From positions 3,544 to 67,543 of the forward strand of contig JAFWMR010000003.1 of NCBI GenBank assembly GCA_017513905.1: a stretch of DNA of 64,000 nucleotides. The letters are read 5' to 3'. This document shows, one piece after another, positions 36,111 to 45,356 of this stretch; position 1 is the first letter of the stretch, and the number at the start of each line of letters is the position of its first letter. A model generated the notes under the pieces. The model saw nothing but the letters and a program-made list of their open reading frames with translations. It was not told the DNA's origin and ran no database searches. Origin of the DNA: Candidatus Saccharimonadota bacterium. GTDB lineage: Bacteria; Patescibacteriota; Saccharimonadia; Saccharimonadales; Saccharimonadaceae. Made by a program: the position numbers and the translations under genes.

Positions 36111-37127
36111 CTAGCCCCTCGGAGGTTCTCCTTCTGGTTCTCCCATTAACTTCTTACTTTTAATCTCGTATCTTAATCCCGTCACAGGAGAGACGTAATA
36201 ATCTTCATTCAGGAGATTCACGAACATTGCCAAGTCCTTATCGTCCATAATAATAATCGATTTGTCGTCATCAGTCATTAAATCGAGCTGCATATCGTCA
36301 GAATAATCAAGCATTTGTTCTTGAGTCATAGTTTCATTAATATTGAGGTTTTGAATCTTCTTAAGAAGCGGCTTTTTATCCTGCAAAAGCGTGTTCAACG
36401 TTAAACCTTCTGCGAAGCTCAGTTTATATTTTTCCTGAAGTTCCTTAGCTTTAGCATCAGCCAACAGCTGCGATTTATAGTCATATTGGAACAATGTTTC
36501 AAACTTGGTCTGGTTAAAGACAATAATGTTCCCGTCTATAATCGCCACCTGGTTATCCTCCGGCATTTTGATCGCAACTTCTGCCGAAAACGGCTCAAAG
36601 CTCTCACCATTCAACTCCCAGCTCGTCGCACCTTTTAACGCACTCGATGCCGGCAAGGCCTTAACGATATAAAACGATTTTGTTCCATCGTCACCTCCAG
36701 GATAGCTGAACTTTGCTAAAATCCCCTTTATCTTCTTAAACTCATATTCGTTATCCGTAAAGAAATCGATATCCTTATACTCATTTTCAATTAAATGAAT
36801 CAGCGTTTCTGCACGACCAACGTTTTCAAGCTTAGTATGGTAAATTACCTTATCTTCACCGTCACTTTTCTCGTACTCGCGACATTCCAAACCCTTATCA
36901 GCTTCTTTTATGATATACCCTGTTACTTCAAGCATGAACATTGCCTTAACCGAAGCAGTTAACTTGTCACTATACCGAACCTTATATGGTGTGTAATTCC
37001 TATTAAATAAGAATAGTTCTACGCTGACATTGTTTTTTACTTCTTCTACTTCATTCGCCCACTGGAACACATCAAAGAACCCACGCTGTACATCCTGAAC
37101 GTCAGAAGTGTCTGTATTTTCTTCCAT
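36111..37127 (-). CDS. hypothetical protein (338 aa); possibly DUF4868/KwaB-like (assignment from memory, unverified)
   Basis: Acidic, soluble and about 300-340 aa, with its own terminator. I can point to no catalytic motif. Confidence 0.6.
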   Translation of the reverse strand: MEENTDTSDVQDVQRGFFDVFQWANEVEEVKNNVSVELFLFNRNYTPYKVRYSDKLTASVKAMFMLEVTGYIIKEADKGLECREYEKSDGEDKVIYHTKLENVGRAETLIHLIENEYKDIDFFTDNEYEFKKIKGILAKFSYPGGDDGTKSFYIVKALPASSALKGATSWELNGESFEPFSAEVAIKMPEDNQVAIIDGNIIVFNQTKFETLFQYDYKSQLLADAKAKELQEKYKLSFAEGLTLNTLLQDKKPLLKKIQNLNINETMTQEQMLDYSDDMQLDLMTDDDKSIIIMDDKDLAMFVNLLNEDYYVSPVTGLRYEIKSKKLMGEPEGEPPRG

Positions 37128-37226
37128 AAATTACCTCTCTTATTTTCCTCCATTATATCACGGTTTTTCACACAATTCATCGATGAAGATGCAAACAATA
37201 TCATTCAAATAAACACAAATAAATCA

Positions 37227-39215
37227 CTATTCATATATTGGTAAATCGTCGTCAGGAAACGGATCAAAATCGTCAGAATCGGTATCATACTCATCAGATC
37301 CATATCCGCTATATGGATCAAATCCTAATTCTGCCAAGAATCTAGATGGCATTGTGTAATTTCGCCCGCCAAAAGCAAACCGCGATTGTGCCCAAGTCAA
37401 GAATAAATCCTGCATAGCTCTCGTCATGCCCACATATGCCAGACGTCTTTCTTCCTCAAGGTCCGATTCTTGCTCCGCTCTACTACTTGGAAATAAACCC
37501 TCTTCTAGCCCCACAACAAACACAACGGGAAATTCTAGCCCTTTAGCTGCATGAAGCGTCATTAGAGTCACAGCATTCTTGCCAGATGCTTCGTCTGCGC
37601 TCGACATCAACGCTGCATCCTCCAGAAAATCTTCCAAAGCATCATACCGCGAGGCATTATCCGCCAACACGGCAAGGTTATTGATTCGCTCTTTCCCTGT
37701 CGGAGTACCATCATCAAGCAAAGTTTCAAAATCAAAATAACGCACAGTAAACTCAACTATCTCAGTAGGCGTATCGTTAGCGTGACTAATCTTCTCTAGA
37801 AAATTAGTCAACCTTGCTAATCCTGCTCTCGCCTTCGCCGACAGACTGCCCGTAAATTCCGCATCGGATAAGCTACCCCCTCCATCAAGCTGAACAAATA
37901 TTTTACTCAAACTCTTTTCACCAATACCAGATAATACATTTTTTACTATTCTATCTAACGCCACCTTATCTCGCGGATTAACAATGAGGTGCATAATCGC
38001 AAGCACATCCTTCACTTCCTTACGATCGTAAAACCTTACGCCACCAACAATTTTATAAGGTATTCTATTGTTAATGAATGCTTTTTCAAACGCATAGCTC
38101 TGAGCATTCGTTCGGTATAATACAGCAAAATCCGAGAACCCATGCCTATCTGACATGCGTAAAATCTGTCGCGACACATACTCCGCCTCATCAGTTTCGT
38201 CGCGCGTAGTTTTAATCTCAACTGGATCACCTTTTCCCGCTTCAGTATAAAGTACTTTTTCCGAACGCTGTTTATTCTGACTAATAATCTTCTGGCTCGC
38301 TTCCAAAATATTACCAGTTGATCGATAATTTCGTTCCAATTTTATCACTTTTGCTTCTGGAAAATCCTTAGTAAAATTCAGGATGTTTGTGAAATCTGCT
38401 CCGCGCCAGCTGTAAATACTCTGCCAATCATCTCCCACCACACAAATATTCCGCCTATCATTCACCAATAGCTTAATCAAACGATATTGTACATTATTTG
38501 TATCTTGATACTCATCAATTAATATATATTGAAATCTCTCACGCCACTTTCCCCTTACGTCTGCATTCTCACTAAAGAGTTTTAATGCTCTAAGCAACAA
38601 ATCATCAAAATCGAGCGCACTAGCTTCTTCTTTATCCTTCTCATATCTTGCATATATTTTTGCAATCGATTTTTGATTCGGGTAAATTGCACTCTCAGCA
38701 TATTCCTCTGGCCCAACTCCTTCATTTTTCGATTTAGAAATAATCGACAACACCGCCTTAGGTTTTAAGGTTTTATTATCAATCTCGAGTGTTTTCATTG
38801 CTCGTTTTATAACCGCTATCTGGTCTTCGGTATCATATATTACAAAATTCTTGTCCAATCCAGCCGCTTCGAACTCAAGATGTAATATCTTCACGCATAT
38901 ACCATGGAACGTGCCCATATAAGGCATAAATCCCCGTGGCACGTCATCTTCAACAAATATTCCATCGCCATTTACATCCTTAGCAGGGGCCAAGAGCTTC
39001 CATAATCTCTCACGCATTTCTCGCGCTGCCTTATTAGTAAAAGTTACCGCGAGAATACTGTTTTCTCGTACGCTGTTCTTTAATAAATTTGCTATCCTAT
39101 GTGTAAGAGTTCTAGTCTTACCGCTTCCCGCCCCAGCCAAAATCAACAATGGGCCTTCAAGAGTCTGTACAGCATCAAGTTGTTGTGGATTTAAATCCTT
39201 AAAAATATTGTTCAC
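37227..39215 (-). CDS. pcrA: UvrD/PcrA-type superfamily 1 DNA helicase
   Basis: AGAGSGKT, DEYQDTN, and further UvrD motifs. GTG start. Confidence 0.9.
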   Translation of the reverse strand: MNNIFKDLNPQQLDAVQTLEGPLLILAGAGSGKTRTLTHRIANLLKNSVRENSILAVTFTNKAAREMRERLWKLLAPAKDVNGDGIFVEDDVPRGFMPYMGTFHGICVKILHLEFEAAGLDKNFVIYDTEDQIAVIKRAMKTLEIDNKTLKPKAVLSIISKSKNEGVGPEEYAESAIYPNQKSIAKIYARYEKDKEEASALDFDDLLLRALKLFSENADVRGKWRERFQYILIDEYQDTNNVQYRLIKLLVNDRRNICVVGDDWQSIYSWRGADFTNILNFTKDFPEAKVIKLERNYRSTGNILEASQKIISQNKQRSEKVLYTEAGKGDPVEIKTTRDETDEAEYVSRQILRMSDRHGFSDFAVLYRTNAQSYAFEKAFINNRIPYKIVGGVRFYDRKEVKDVLAIMHLIVNPRDKVALDRIVKNVLSGIGEKSLSKIFVQLDGGGSLSDAEFTGSLSAKARAGLARLTNFLEKISHANDTPTEIVEFTVRYFDFETLLDDGTPTGKERINNLAVLADNASRYDALEDFLEDAALMSSADEASGKNAVTLMTLHAAKGLEFPVVFVVGLEEGLFPSSRAEQESDLEEERRLAYVGMTRAMQDLFLTWAQSRFAFGGRNYTMPSRFLAELGFDPYSGYGSDEYDTDSDDFDPFPDDDLPIYE

Positions 39216-39230
39216 GTCTAGGTTCCCAAC

Positions 39231-40811
39231 TTACAATGCTTCTATGTCAGCCCCAAGCGTTTTGAGTCGCTCGGAAAAATCTTGATATCCACGTTTTATC
39301 ATATAAACATTTCTGAGTATCGATACGCCAGGCGCAGCTAGCATCGCAAGCAATATTACGACCGCAGGCCTAAGCGCCGGAGGTGCCATCATCTCTGCTG
39401 GACGGAAATTCGTCTCACCCTCTACATACACTCTATGCGCATCAAGAAGCTCCACTTTCACATTCAAATTCGACAGTTCAGTCGTATAAATTGCTCGATT
39501 TTCAAATACCCAATCATGTATCAACGTTCGTCCTTTTGCAGTCGCCGCTATCACCGAAAAGAATGGCAAATTATCTATATTAAGACCCGGAAACGGCATT
39601 GGATGTATCTTATCTATCGGAGCACGCAACTTCGCTTTTTTTATAGACAAATCAACCAGACGCGTCCGCTTGTTTCTAGATAAGTACTCTTCGCTTCGTT
39701 CAATATGCGCCCCCATACTCTTTAATACTTCAAGCTCAACTTCCAGAAATTCTATCGGCGCCCTCATTACTTCAATTTCTGACTTGGTGACAATACCCGC
39801 CGCAATTAGACTCATAGCTTCAATCGGATCTTCAGAAGGAAAATATTCGACATTCGCATCTATCCTCGTCGTCCCCGTTATTACCAAGTTCGTAGTTCCA
39901 ACACCATCAATTTTTACACCAAGCTTCTGCAAAAAGAAACACATATCCTGCACCATGTAGTTCGACGAAGCGCCAACAATATGTGTCTCTCCAGGATATT
40001 TAGCCGCCGCCATCAACACATTCTCTGTTACAGTATCGCCACGCTCAATCAAAACAATTCTTTTTGCCGGCCACCCTTCTGCATCATTGCGCCACCCATT
40101 GCGACTCTTATCGACCATAATCTTGTAGAACCCGCTCCGTTTTTTCGCATCCACTTCTACCCCAAACTCCGATAACGCCTTTAGGTGTGGAGTAATCGTT
40201 CGCGAGCCAAGCGAACATCCACCAGCATAAGGTAATTCGAACTCTTCATATTTATGCAACAGAGGCCCCATAAACATCAAAATCGATCGCGTTTTTCGAG
40301 CCGCTTCCACATTCATCTTGTCGAGCTTCAATTCATCTGGTGATATAATTTCCAAATCTTTTCCACCATTAATCCAAGCAATCTTTACGCCAATCGACTC
40401 AAGAACTTCAATTATCCGCTGCACCTCTTCAATTTTTGCCAAACCACGCAAAGTCGTTTTGCCAGCGTTCAAAAGCGATGCACATAGAAGCCCCACTGCA
40501 GCATTTTTACTCGTATTGACCGCGATTTTACCATGCAACTCTTTACCGCCATGGATGACATAACTCTGACTTACTTCATCCGCTACAGAGAGAATCTGCC
40601 GCTCGAGCACAGAAGAAAGCCTTCTAACCATATCAAGCGAAACGTTTTGCTGTCCCTTTTCAATTCTATGTATAGCCGACTGACTCGTTCCGGCTTTTTC
40701 GGCCAATTCAGACTGCGTCCACCCACGCTCTTGCCTAGCACGCTCCACGGCTCGTCCAATTCGAACCTGATAGCTGTCGCTTGTATTAGCTCCACTAAAA
40801 CTCTTTTTCAT
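39231..40811 (-). CDS. murA: XRE-type HTH domain fused to UDP-N-acetylglucosamine 1-carboxyvinyltransferase (MurA)
   Basis: The N-terminus WTQSELAEKAGTSQSAIHRIEKGQQN is a Cro/C1 HTH. The remainder is an EPSP/MurA fold with the catalytic-loop Cys (YAGGCSLGSRTITPH). Confidence 0.85.
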   Translation of the reverse strand: MKKSFSGANTSDSYQVRIGRAVERARQERGWTQSELAEKAGTSQSAIHRIEKGQQNVSLDMVRRLSSVLERQILSVADEVSQSYVIHGGKELHGKIAVNTSKNAAVGLLCASLLNAGKTTLRGLAKIEEVQRIIEVLESIGVKIAWINGGKDLEIISPDELKLDKMNVEAARKTRSILMFMGPLLHKYEEFELPYAGGCSLGSRTITPHLKALSEFGVEVDAKKRSGFYKIMVDKSRNGWRNDAEGWPAKRIVLIERGDTVTENVLMAAAKYPGETHIVGASSNYMVQDMCFFLQKLGVKIDGVGTTNLVITGTTRIDANVEYFPSEDPIEAMSLIAAGIVTKSEIEVMRAPIEFLEVELEVLKSMGAHIERSEEYLSRNKRTRLVDLSIKKAKLRAPIDKIHPMPFPGLNIDNLPFFSVIAATAKGRTLIHDWVFENRAIYTTELSNLNVKVELLDAHRVYVEGETNFRPAEMMAPPALRPAVVILLAMLAAPGVSILRNVYMIKRGYQDFSERLKTLGADIEAL

Positions 40812-40869
40812 TTCACCATTATATCACAAAATGAATAGAAAAAACAACTACAAAATAAATCATTCGATA

Positions 40870-41421
40870 CTAATTTGTAAACCGCCCGTAGAGGATTTCT
40901 GTATATGTTTCTGGTACTTCGTTCTTTTCATCCAAGCTTTCAAAAGTCTTCATAACTTCATTACGAAGTTGACCTGCCGAATCTTTTTCGCCCAATTCAG
41001 CTTCAATTTTTGCGTAATAATTTTGTACGCCCTCAATTTTATCTAGGTACAATATCGTCCCCTCTCCCATTCTAATCTCCTGCCTTCGGCGAGACACCTC
41101 AGCAACCTGCTTAAAGCCTAACTGAAGAATAATATTTGCCGCTTCGGTATAATTCAAAACTTTTGTTTCGTCTACGATTTCAACATTAGAGTCCTCAATA
41201 TGACGCTTCAAAATAATGCTATATTTCGCTGGCCTATCCACCGCCTTCATCTCTGTACGCATAATTAATCTCGGGTACCCAGCATCTCTCTTGAAACTAC
41301 GCGGCACATATACGCGATCATGTTGCCAATATATCGCGCCAAAATCCATCCCTAAACCAGTTAACCGATTCTCAAAGTCTTCTCGGCTTTTCAATTTCAT
41401 TTTAACTATTATTCTTTTCAT
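40870..41421 (-). CDS. CYTH-domain protein (CyaB/ThTPase-like)
   Basis: The size and beta-rich pattern are typical of CYTH, and it has an AAGGAGAG SD. The N-terminal ExExK signature looks degenerate (VKMKLK). Confidence 0.6.
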   Translation of the reverse strand: MKRIIVKMKLKSREDFENRLTGLGMDFGAIYWQHDRVYVPRSFKRDAGYPRLIMRTEMKAVDRPAKYSIILKRHIEDSNVEIVDETKVLNYTEAANIILQLGFKQVAEVSRRRQEIRMGEGTILYLDKIEGVQNYYAKIEAELGEKDSAGQLRNEVMKTFESLDEKNEVPETYTEILYGRFTN

Positions 41422-41443
41422 TTTTCTCTCCTTGCTTTATCGG

Positions 41444-41863
41444 CTAAACTTCCGCACCCTTGCGTGCTTTGTTTGCCCACTCGTCAGCGAGTTCATTCAT
41501 TTCCGTGCCAACATGACCTTGCGTAAAATGTAATTCAACTGGATACTTATTGTACAATTCCCAAGCCCTTTTAACTAAATCCAAGTTTTTTATTGCTCCC
41601 GTCTTCTTCGTCCAGCCTCTTTCCTCCCAACCACGCGCCCATTCCGTGAGCACGCTAATCCAAAACTGCGAATCCGTCCAAATCTCGCACCCATCCGCGC
41701 CAGCATATTCCATCGCTGCTATAAGCGCACATCCCTCCATGCGAATATTCGACGAATCAACCTCCCTTCCTAAACGCACCGGCTTGCCATTTTCTAGCAC
41801 AGCATACCCACCCGGACCTGGGTTCGGGCTCGCACTTCCATCTGTCCACAATACTTTTACCAT
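41444..41863 (-). CDS. rnhA: ribonuclease HI
   Basis: The motifs WTDGSASPNPGPGGYA...NIRMEGCA...IWTDSQ...GHVG..NELAD. Confidence 0.9.
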   Translation of the reverse strand: MVKVLWTDGSASPNPGPGGYAVLENGKPVRLGREVDSSNIRMEGCALIAAMEYAGADGCEIWTDSQFWISVLTEWARGWEERGWTKKTGAIKNLDLVKRAWELYNKYPVELHFTQGHVGTEMNELADEWANKARKGAEV

Positions 41864-41864
41864 A

Positions 41865-41880
41865 TGTTATTATAATAACA
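41865..41880. promoter_or_regulatory. 16-bp perfect palindrome carrying overlapping divergent TATAAT boxes for rnhA and relA
   Basis: TGTTATTATAATAACA fills most of the 19-nt gap between the two start codons. Confidence 0.6.
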
Positions 41881-41882
41881 TA

Positions 41883-43349
41883 ATGCCGGATAATAAGAAA
41901 CCATCTGATAAAAAGCATCCAGAGAAGCCAGAAGAGTCTGAGCGTATCAAGCGTGCAATCGAAATCGCAACCAAAGCTCACGAACACCAGCTTCGCAAGA
42001 CGGGTGAACCATATATTATCCACCCTCTTGCCGTCAAAAAGATTCTTGAAGAATGGCAAATGGACGAAGATACTATTATTGCTGGCATACTTCATGATAC
42101 TGTCGAAGACACTGACTTAACTCTTGAAAACGTTAAAAAAGAATTCGGCGAATCAGTCGCTTTTCTAGTTGACGGCGTTACAAAGCTAGGTCAAGTCCGC
42201 AAAAACATGAAAGATCTCGACACCTATTTACCAGAAACTAGAGACAATTTCCTTCGTCTTATGATCGCTACCGGCAACGACATTCGCGTACTCATTATCA
42301 AACTCGCCGACCGTCTTCACAATGCCCGTACTCTTTCCGCTCTTCCCCCAGATAAACAAAAGAAAATCGCTCTAGAAACACTCGAGATCTTCGCACCTCT
42401 TGCCGACCGACTCAATATGGGACGTCTTCGTGTCGAACTTGCAGATTTAGCATTCTCCTACGTCGACCCTAAACGCTATAATTACCTCAAAAACCTCATC
42501 GAGGAAAACAACAAACAAGCAGCAAAAGCCTTAAAACAAATTGAACAAGAAGTATCAGATCTCCTTACTAAAGAAAAAATCGATTTTGAAATTTCCGGCC
42601 GCATTAAATCTGTTTATTCTCTACATAAAAAACTCGCCAAACACAATCAAAATCTCGGAGAAATATACGACCTCACCGCATTGCGTATTATCGTCCCCGA
42701 CATCACCAGCTGTTATCTTGCTCTAGGCTTAATTCATTCTCTGTACACTCCGATGAATGAGCGCATTAAAGATTACATTGCAAAACCAAAGCAAAATGGC
42801 TATCAATCGCTCCATACCACCGTCATCACCAAAAATAAAAAGATTGTGGAGTTTCAAATCCGCACTCGCGAAATGCACGAGTATGCCGAACGTGGTCTAG
42901 CCGCTAGCTTCTATTACAATGAACAAAAACTTACCGAAAACTACAAAGAAGGAAAGATTCAACACCTACCTACGAACCTTCTTTGGATTACCGAGCTCCA
43001 AGATGCAGCCGCAAAGCTAAAAGAAGGAAAAAAAGTCGACCTTAGAAAACTCCGCCTTAATCTTTTCGCTGACAAAATATTCGTTTACACGCCCAAAGGA
43101 GACATCATAGATTTACCTAAAGGTTCACTTCCTCTAGACTTCGCTTTTCGTCTTCATAGCGAAATTGGCGGTCACGTCGTCGGCGTCAAGATCAATGGGA
43201 AAATGAGTAATCTTAACCATAGATTAGAACAAGGCGATATTGTCGAAATATTAACCAGTAAAAACCAAACCCCCAAACAGTCTTGGTTTGACAAAATATT
43301 TACCTCTCACGCCAGACAAAAGCTCCGCCAAATACTACCAAAAGAATAA
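41883..43349 (+). CDS. relA: RelA/SpoT homologue (HD hydrolase, synthetase and TGS domains; no obvious ACT domain)
   Basis: HPLAV..HDTVEDT (HD domain), YQSLHTTV (synthetase) and a TGS-like C-terminus. The start at ATG 41883 replaces the antisense-derived N-terminus in the ORF track. Confidence 0.85.
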   Translation: MPDNKKPSDKKHPEKPEESERIKRAIEIATKAHEHQLRKTGEPYIIHPLAVKKILEEWQMDEDTIIAGILHDTVEDTDLTLENVKKEFGESVAFLVDGVTKLGQVRKNMKDLDTYLPETRDNFLRLMIATGNDIRVLIIKLADRLHNARTLSALPPDKQKKIALETLEIFAPLADRLNMGRLRVELADLAFSYVDPKRYNYLKNLIEENNKQAAKALKQIEQEVSDLLTKEKIDFEISGRIKSVYSLHKKLAKHNQNLGEIYDLTALRIIVPDITSCYLALGLIHSLYTPMNERIKDYIAKPKQNGYQSLHTTVITKNKKIVEFQIRTREMHEYAERGLAASFYYNEQKLTENYKEGKIQHLPTNLLWITELQDAAAKLKEGKKVDLRKLRLNLFADKIFVYTPKGDIIDLPKGSLPLDFAFRLHSEIGGHVVGVKINGKMSNLNHRLEQGDIVEILTSKNQTPKQSWFDKIFTSHARQKLRQILPKE

Positions 43350-43370
43350 ATTTGTGTTATAATAACGTAT

Positions 43371-44147
43371 ATGGCTATTGTGATATCCATCACGAATCAA
43401 AAGGGAGGTGTCGGTAAAACTACTACGGCAGTTAATCTTGCTTATTACCTAGCAAAAGATAAGTACCGAACTTTAATCATCGATATTGACCCACAAGGTA
43501 ATGCAACATCCGGCCTCGGAGTCGATAAAACCACCCTTAAGAGTAGTATGGTGGAAGTCATGCTAGGTTCCGTCGTCCCAGAAAGCACCATTCTTCAAAC
43601 CAAATACAAGAACCTATACCTTCTACCAACCACCCCCGAACTCGCCAATACCGAAGTTGAACTCGTTTCTCAAAAGACAAGATTTACTATTCTTAAGAAC
43701 GTTATTGCCCGGATAGCTAAGAACTACGATTATATTATCATTGACTCTCCTCCTTCCCTTTCCCTTCTGACCGTCAATGGCATGATTGCGTCAAACTATC
43801 TCCTACTCCCGGTCCAGACAGAATTTTACGCTCTAGAGGGCGTCGCACAGCTTCTTGAAAGCATGAAGCTAGTACGCAAAGCTATGAACCCACGTCTTCA
43901 GTTGCTAGGTGTCCTTGCGACCATGTACGATAAGCGCACTTCCCTCTCGTCTCAAGTCCTTGCCGAAGTCCGTAAGTACTTCAAGGACCGCACATTCGAG
44001 ACGACGATTCCCAGAAACGTTCGCATTGCTGAAGCACCAAGCCACGGAGCTCCAGTTGGTGAATATGACAAATTCAGCAAAGGCGCACGCGCTTACAAAG
44101 AGCTCGCTCACGAAGTAGAGCTAAGAACTAGAGGAGGTAAAAAATGA
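43371..44147 (+). CDS. parA: chromosome partitioning ATPase ParA/Soj
   Basis: Deviant Walker A: NQKGGVGKTT. Confidence 0.9.
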   Translation: MAIVISITNQKGGVGKTTTAVNLAYYLAKDKYRTLIIDIDPQGNATSGLGVDKTTLKSSMVEVMLGSVVPESTILQTKYKNLYLLPTTPELANTEVELVSQKTRFTILKNVIARIAKNYDYIIIDSPPSLSLLTVNGMIASNYLLLPVQTEFYALEGVAQLLESMKLVRKAMNPRLQLLGVLATMYDKRTSLSSQVLAEVRKYFKDRTFETTIPRNVRIAEAPSHGAPVGEYDKFSKGARAYKELAHEVELRTRGGKK

Positions 44148-44986
44148 AAGGTTTAGGCCGCGGTTTTGAGAGCTTAATCCCAATTGATTTAGTCGATGAA
44201 GAGTTTGATCCCACGTCGCTCGAAGACGAAAAAGTGTCCACCCTCTTAGAAATTCCTCTCGATAAAATCATTCGCGACGATGATCAACCACGCAAGAAGT
44301 TTGACCCAGAAGCTATCCAGTCTCTCGCAAATTCAATTAAAGCAAACGGGGTCCTACAACCAATTGTTGTTGTTCGTGAAGGAGTCGGCTATCAAATCGT
44401 TGCTGGTGAACGCCGTTATCGTGCCGCTAAGTTAGCTGGGCTCGACACTATACCCGCCATCGTCCGAACTCTAGATGCCCAAAACCGGCTCGAATTGTCC
44501 GTCATAGAAAACGCTCAACGTGAAGATTTAAACGCCATTGAACTAGCTACAGCCTACGCTAAGCTCAAAAGTCAATTCAACCTCAGTGCTAAAGAAATCA
44601 GTGAACGCATCGGCAAAAGCGAAACATCAGTCACAAATACCCTGCGCCTCCTTAATCTCCCAGATTCCGCCAAAAAAGCCATGGTCGACCACAATCTTCC
44701 AGAAGCAGTCATGCGTCCCCTTATTGTCTTGCCAGAAGACAAAATCGAAAAAATCCTGCCCAGAATCATCGACGAAGCTTGGACGGTAAAAAAAGTTGAA
44801 GATTATCTCAAGGCCAAAAAACCTCAATCCTCCGCCTCTGCCGTCAAAGCTAGCTTAAACTACGATCGCGAGCAAGCCTTTGTGAAAAAATTCAATGCTC
44901 GCAAAGTCAAGATTACTAATAAGTCCATCACTATCACCTTCAAAAACAGCAAAGAGCTGGAAAAACTACTAGAAAAGTTGAAGTAA
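44144..44986 (+). CDS. parB: chromosome partitioning protein ParB/Spo0J
   Basis: The motifs LQPIVV and GERRYRAA, plus an HTH. It overlaps the parA stop codon. Confidence 0.9.
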   Translation: MKGLGRGFESLIPIDLVDEEFDPTSLEDEKVSTLLEIPLDKIIRDDDQPRKKFDPEAIQSLANSIKANGVLQPIVVVREGVGYQIVAGERRYRAAKLAGLDTIPAIVRTLDAQNRLELSVIENAQREDLNAIELATAYAKLKSQFNLSAKEISERIGKSETSVTNTLRLLNLPDSAKKAMVDHNLPEAVMRPLIVLPEDKIEKILPRIIDEAWTVKKVEDYLKAKKPQSSASAVKASLNYDREQAFVKKFNARKVKITNKSITITFKNSKELEKLLEKLK

Positions 44987-44992
44987 TAAAAT

Positions 44993-45016
44993 AAGCCCCT
45001 TACGGGGCTTTATTTA
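44993..45016. terminator. bidirectional terminator between parB and rplU
   Basis: AAGCCCC-ttac-GGGGCTT followed by a T-rich tail. Confidence 0.75.
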
Positions 45017-45325
45017 TTACTTTATGCTTTCAATCTTGATTTCTGAATAGCGCTGGCGATGACCATTCTCTTTGTGAACACGCTTCTTAGAATGATAGCG
45101 AATAACACGGACCTTGTCGCCTTTAATTTCTGGCTCAACAACCTTAGCTTTCACTTTCACTCCATTAACGGTCGGTGTACCAACAGTAGTTTTATCGCCG
45201 TCAATCACGAGCAAAGCGTCAGTCTCGAGCTCTTTTGTTCCTTCCGGGAGGAGGTCCACCCGTAGGGTCTCACCTTCAGTAGCAACATATTGTTTGCCAC
45301 CTACTAAAATGACTGCTTGTTTCAT
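45017..45325 (-). CDS. rplU: 50S ribosomal protein L21
   Basis: AVILVGGKQY...GDKVRVIRYHSKKRVHKENGHRQ. Confidence 0.9.
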   Translation of the reverse strand: MKQAVILVGGKQYVATEGETLRVDLLPEGTKELETDALLVIDGDKTTVGTPTVNGVKVKAKVVEPEIKGDKVRVIRYHSKKRVHKENGHRQRYSEIKIESIK

Positions 45326-45356
45326 AATTTCCTTTGTTTATATCTAAATTATTCTA

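Noticed and set aside
41550-41882. 111-aa N-terminal extension of the RelA/SpoT ORF in the supplied track
   Set aside because: It is entirely antisense to the well-supported rnhA gene. The RSH homology begins right after the ATG at 41883, which has its own -10 box.
43300-45020. Search for a parS site (TGTTTCACGTGAAACA-like) in or near parAB
   Set aside because: I found no convincing 16-mer by eye in this window. The only CACGTG-containing strings (near 8515, 17355 and 47365) lack the flanking GTTT/AAAC arms.
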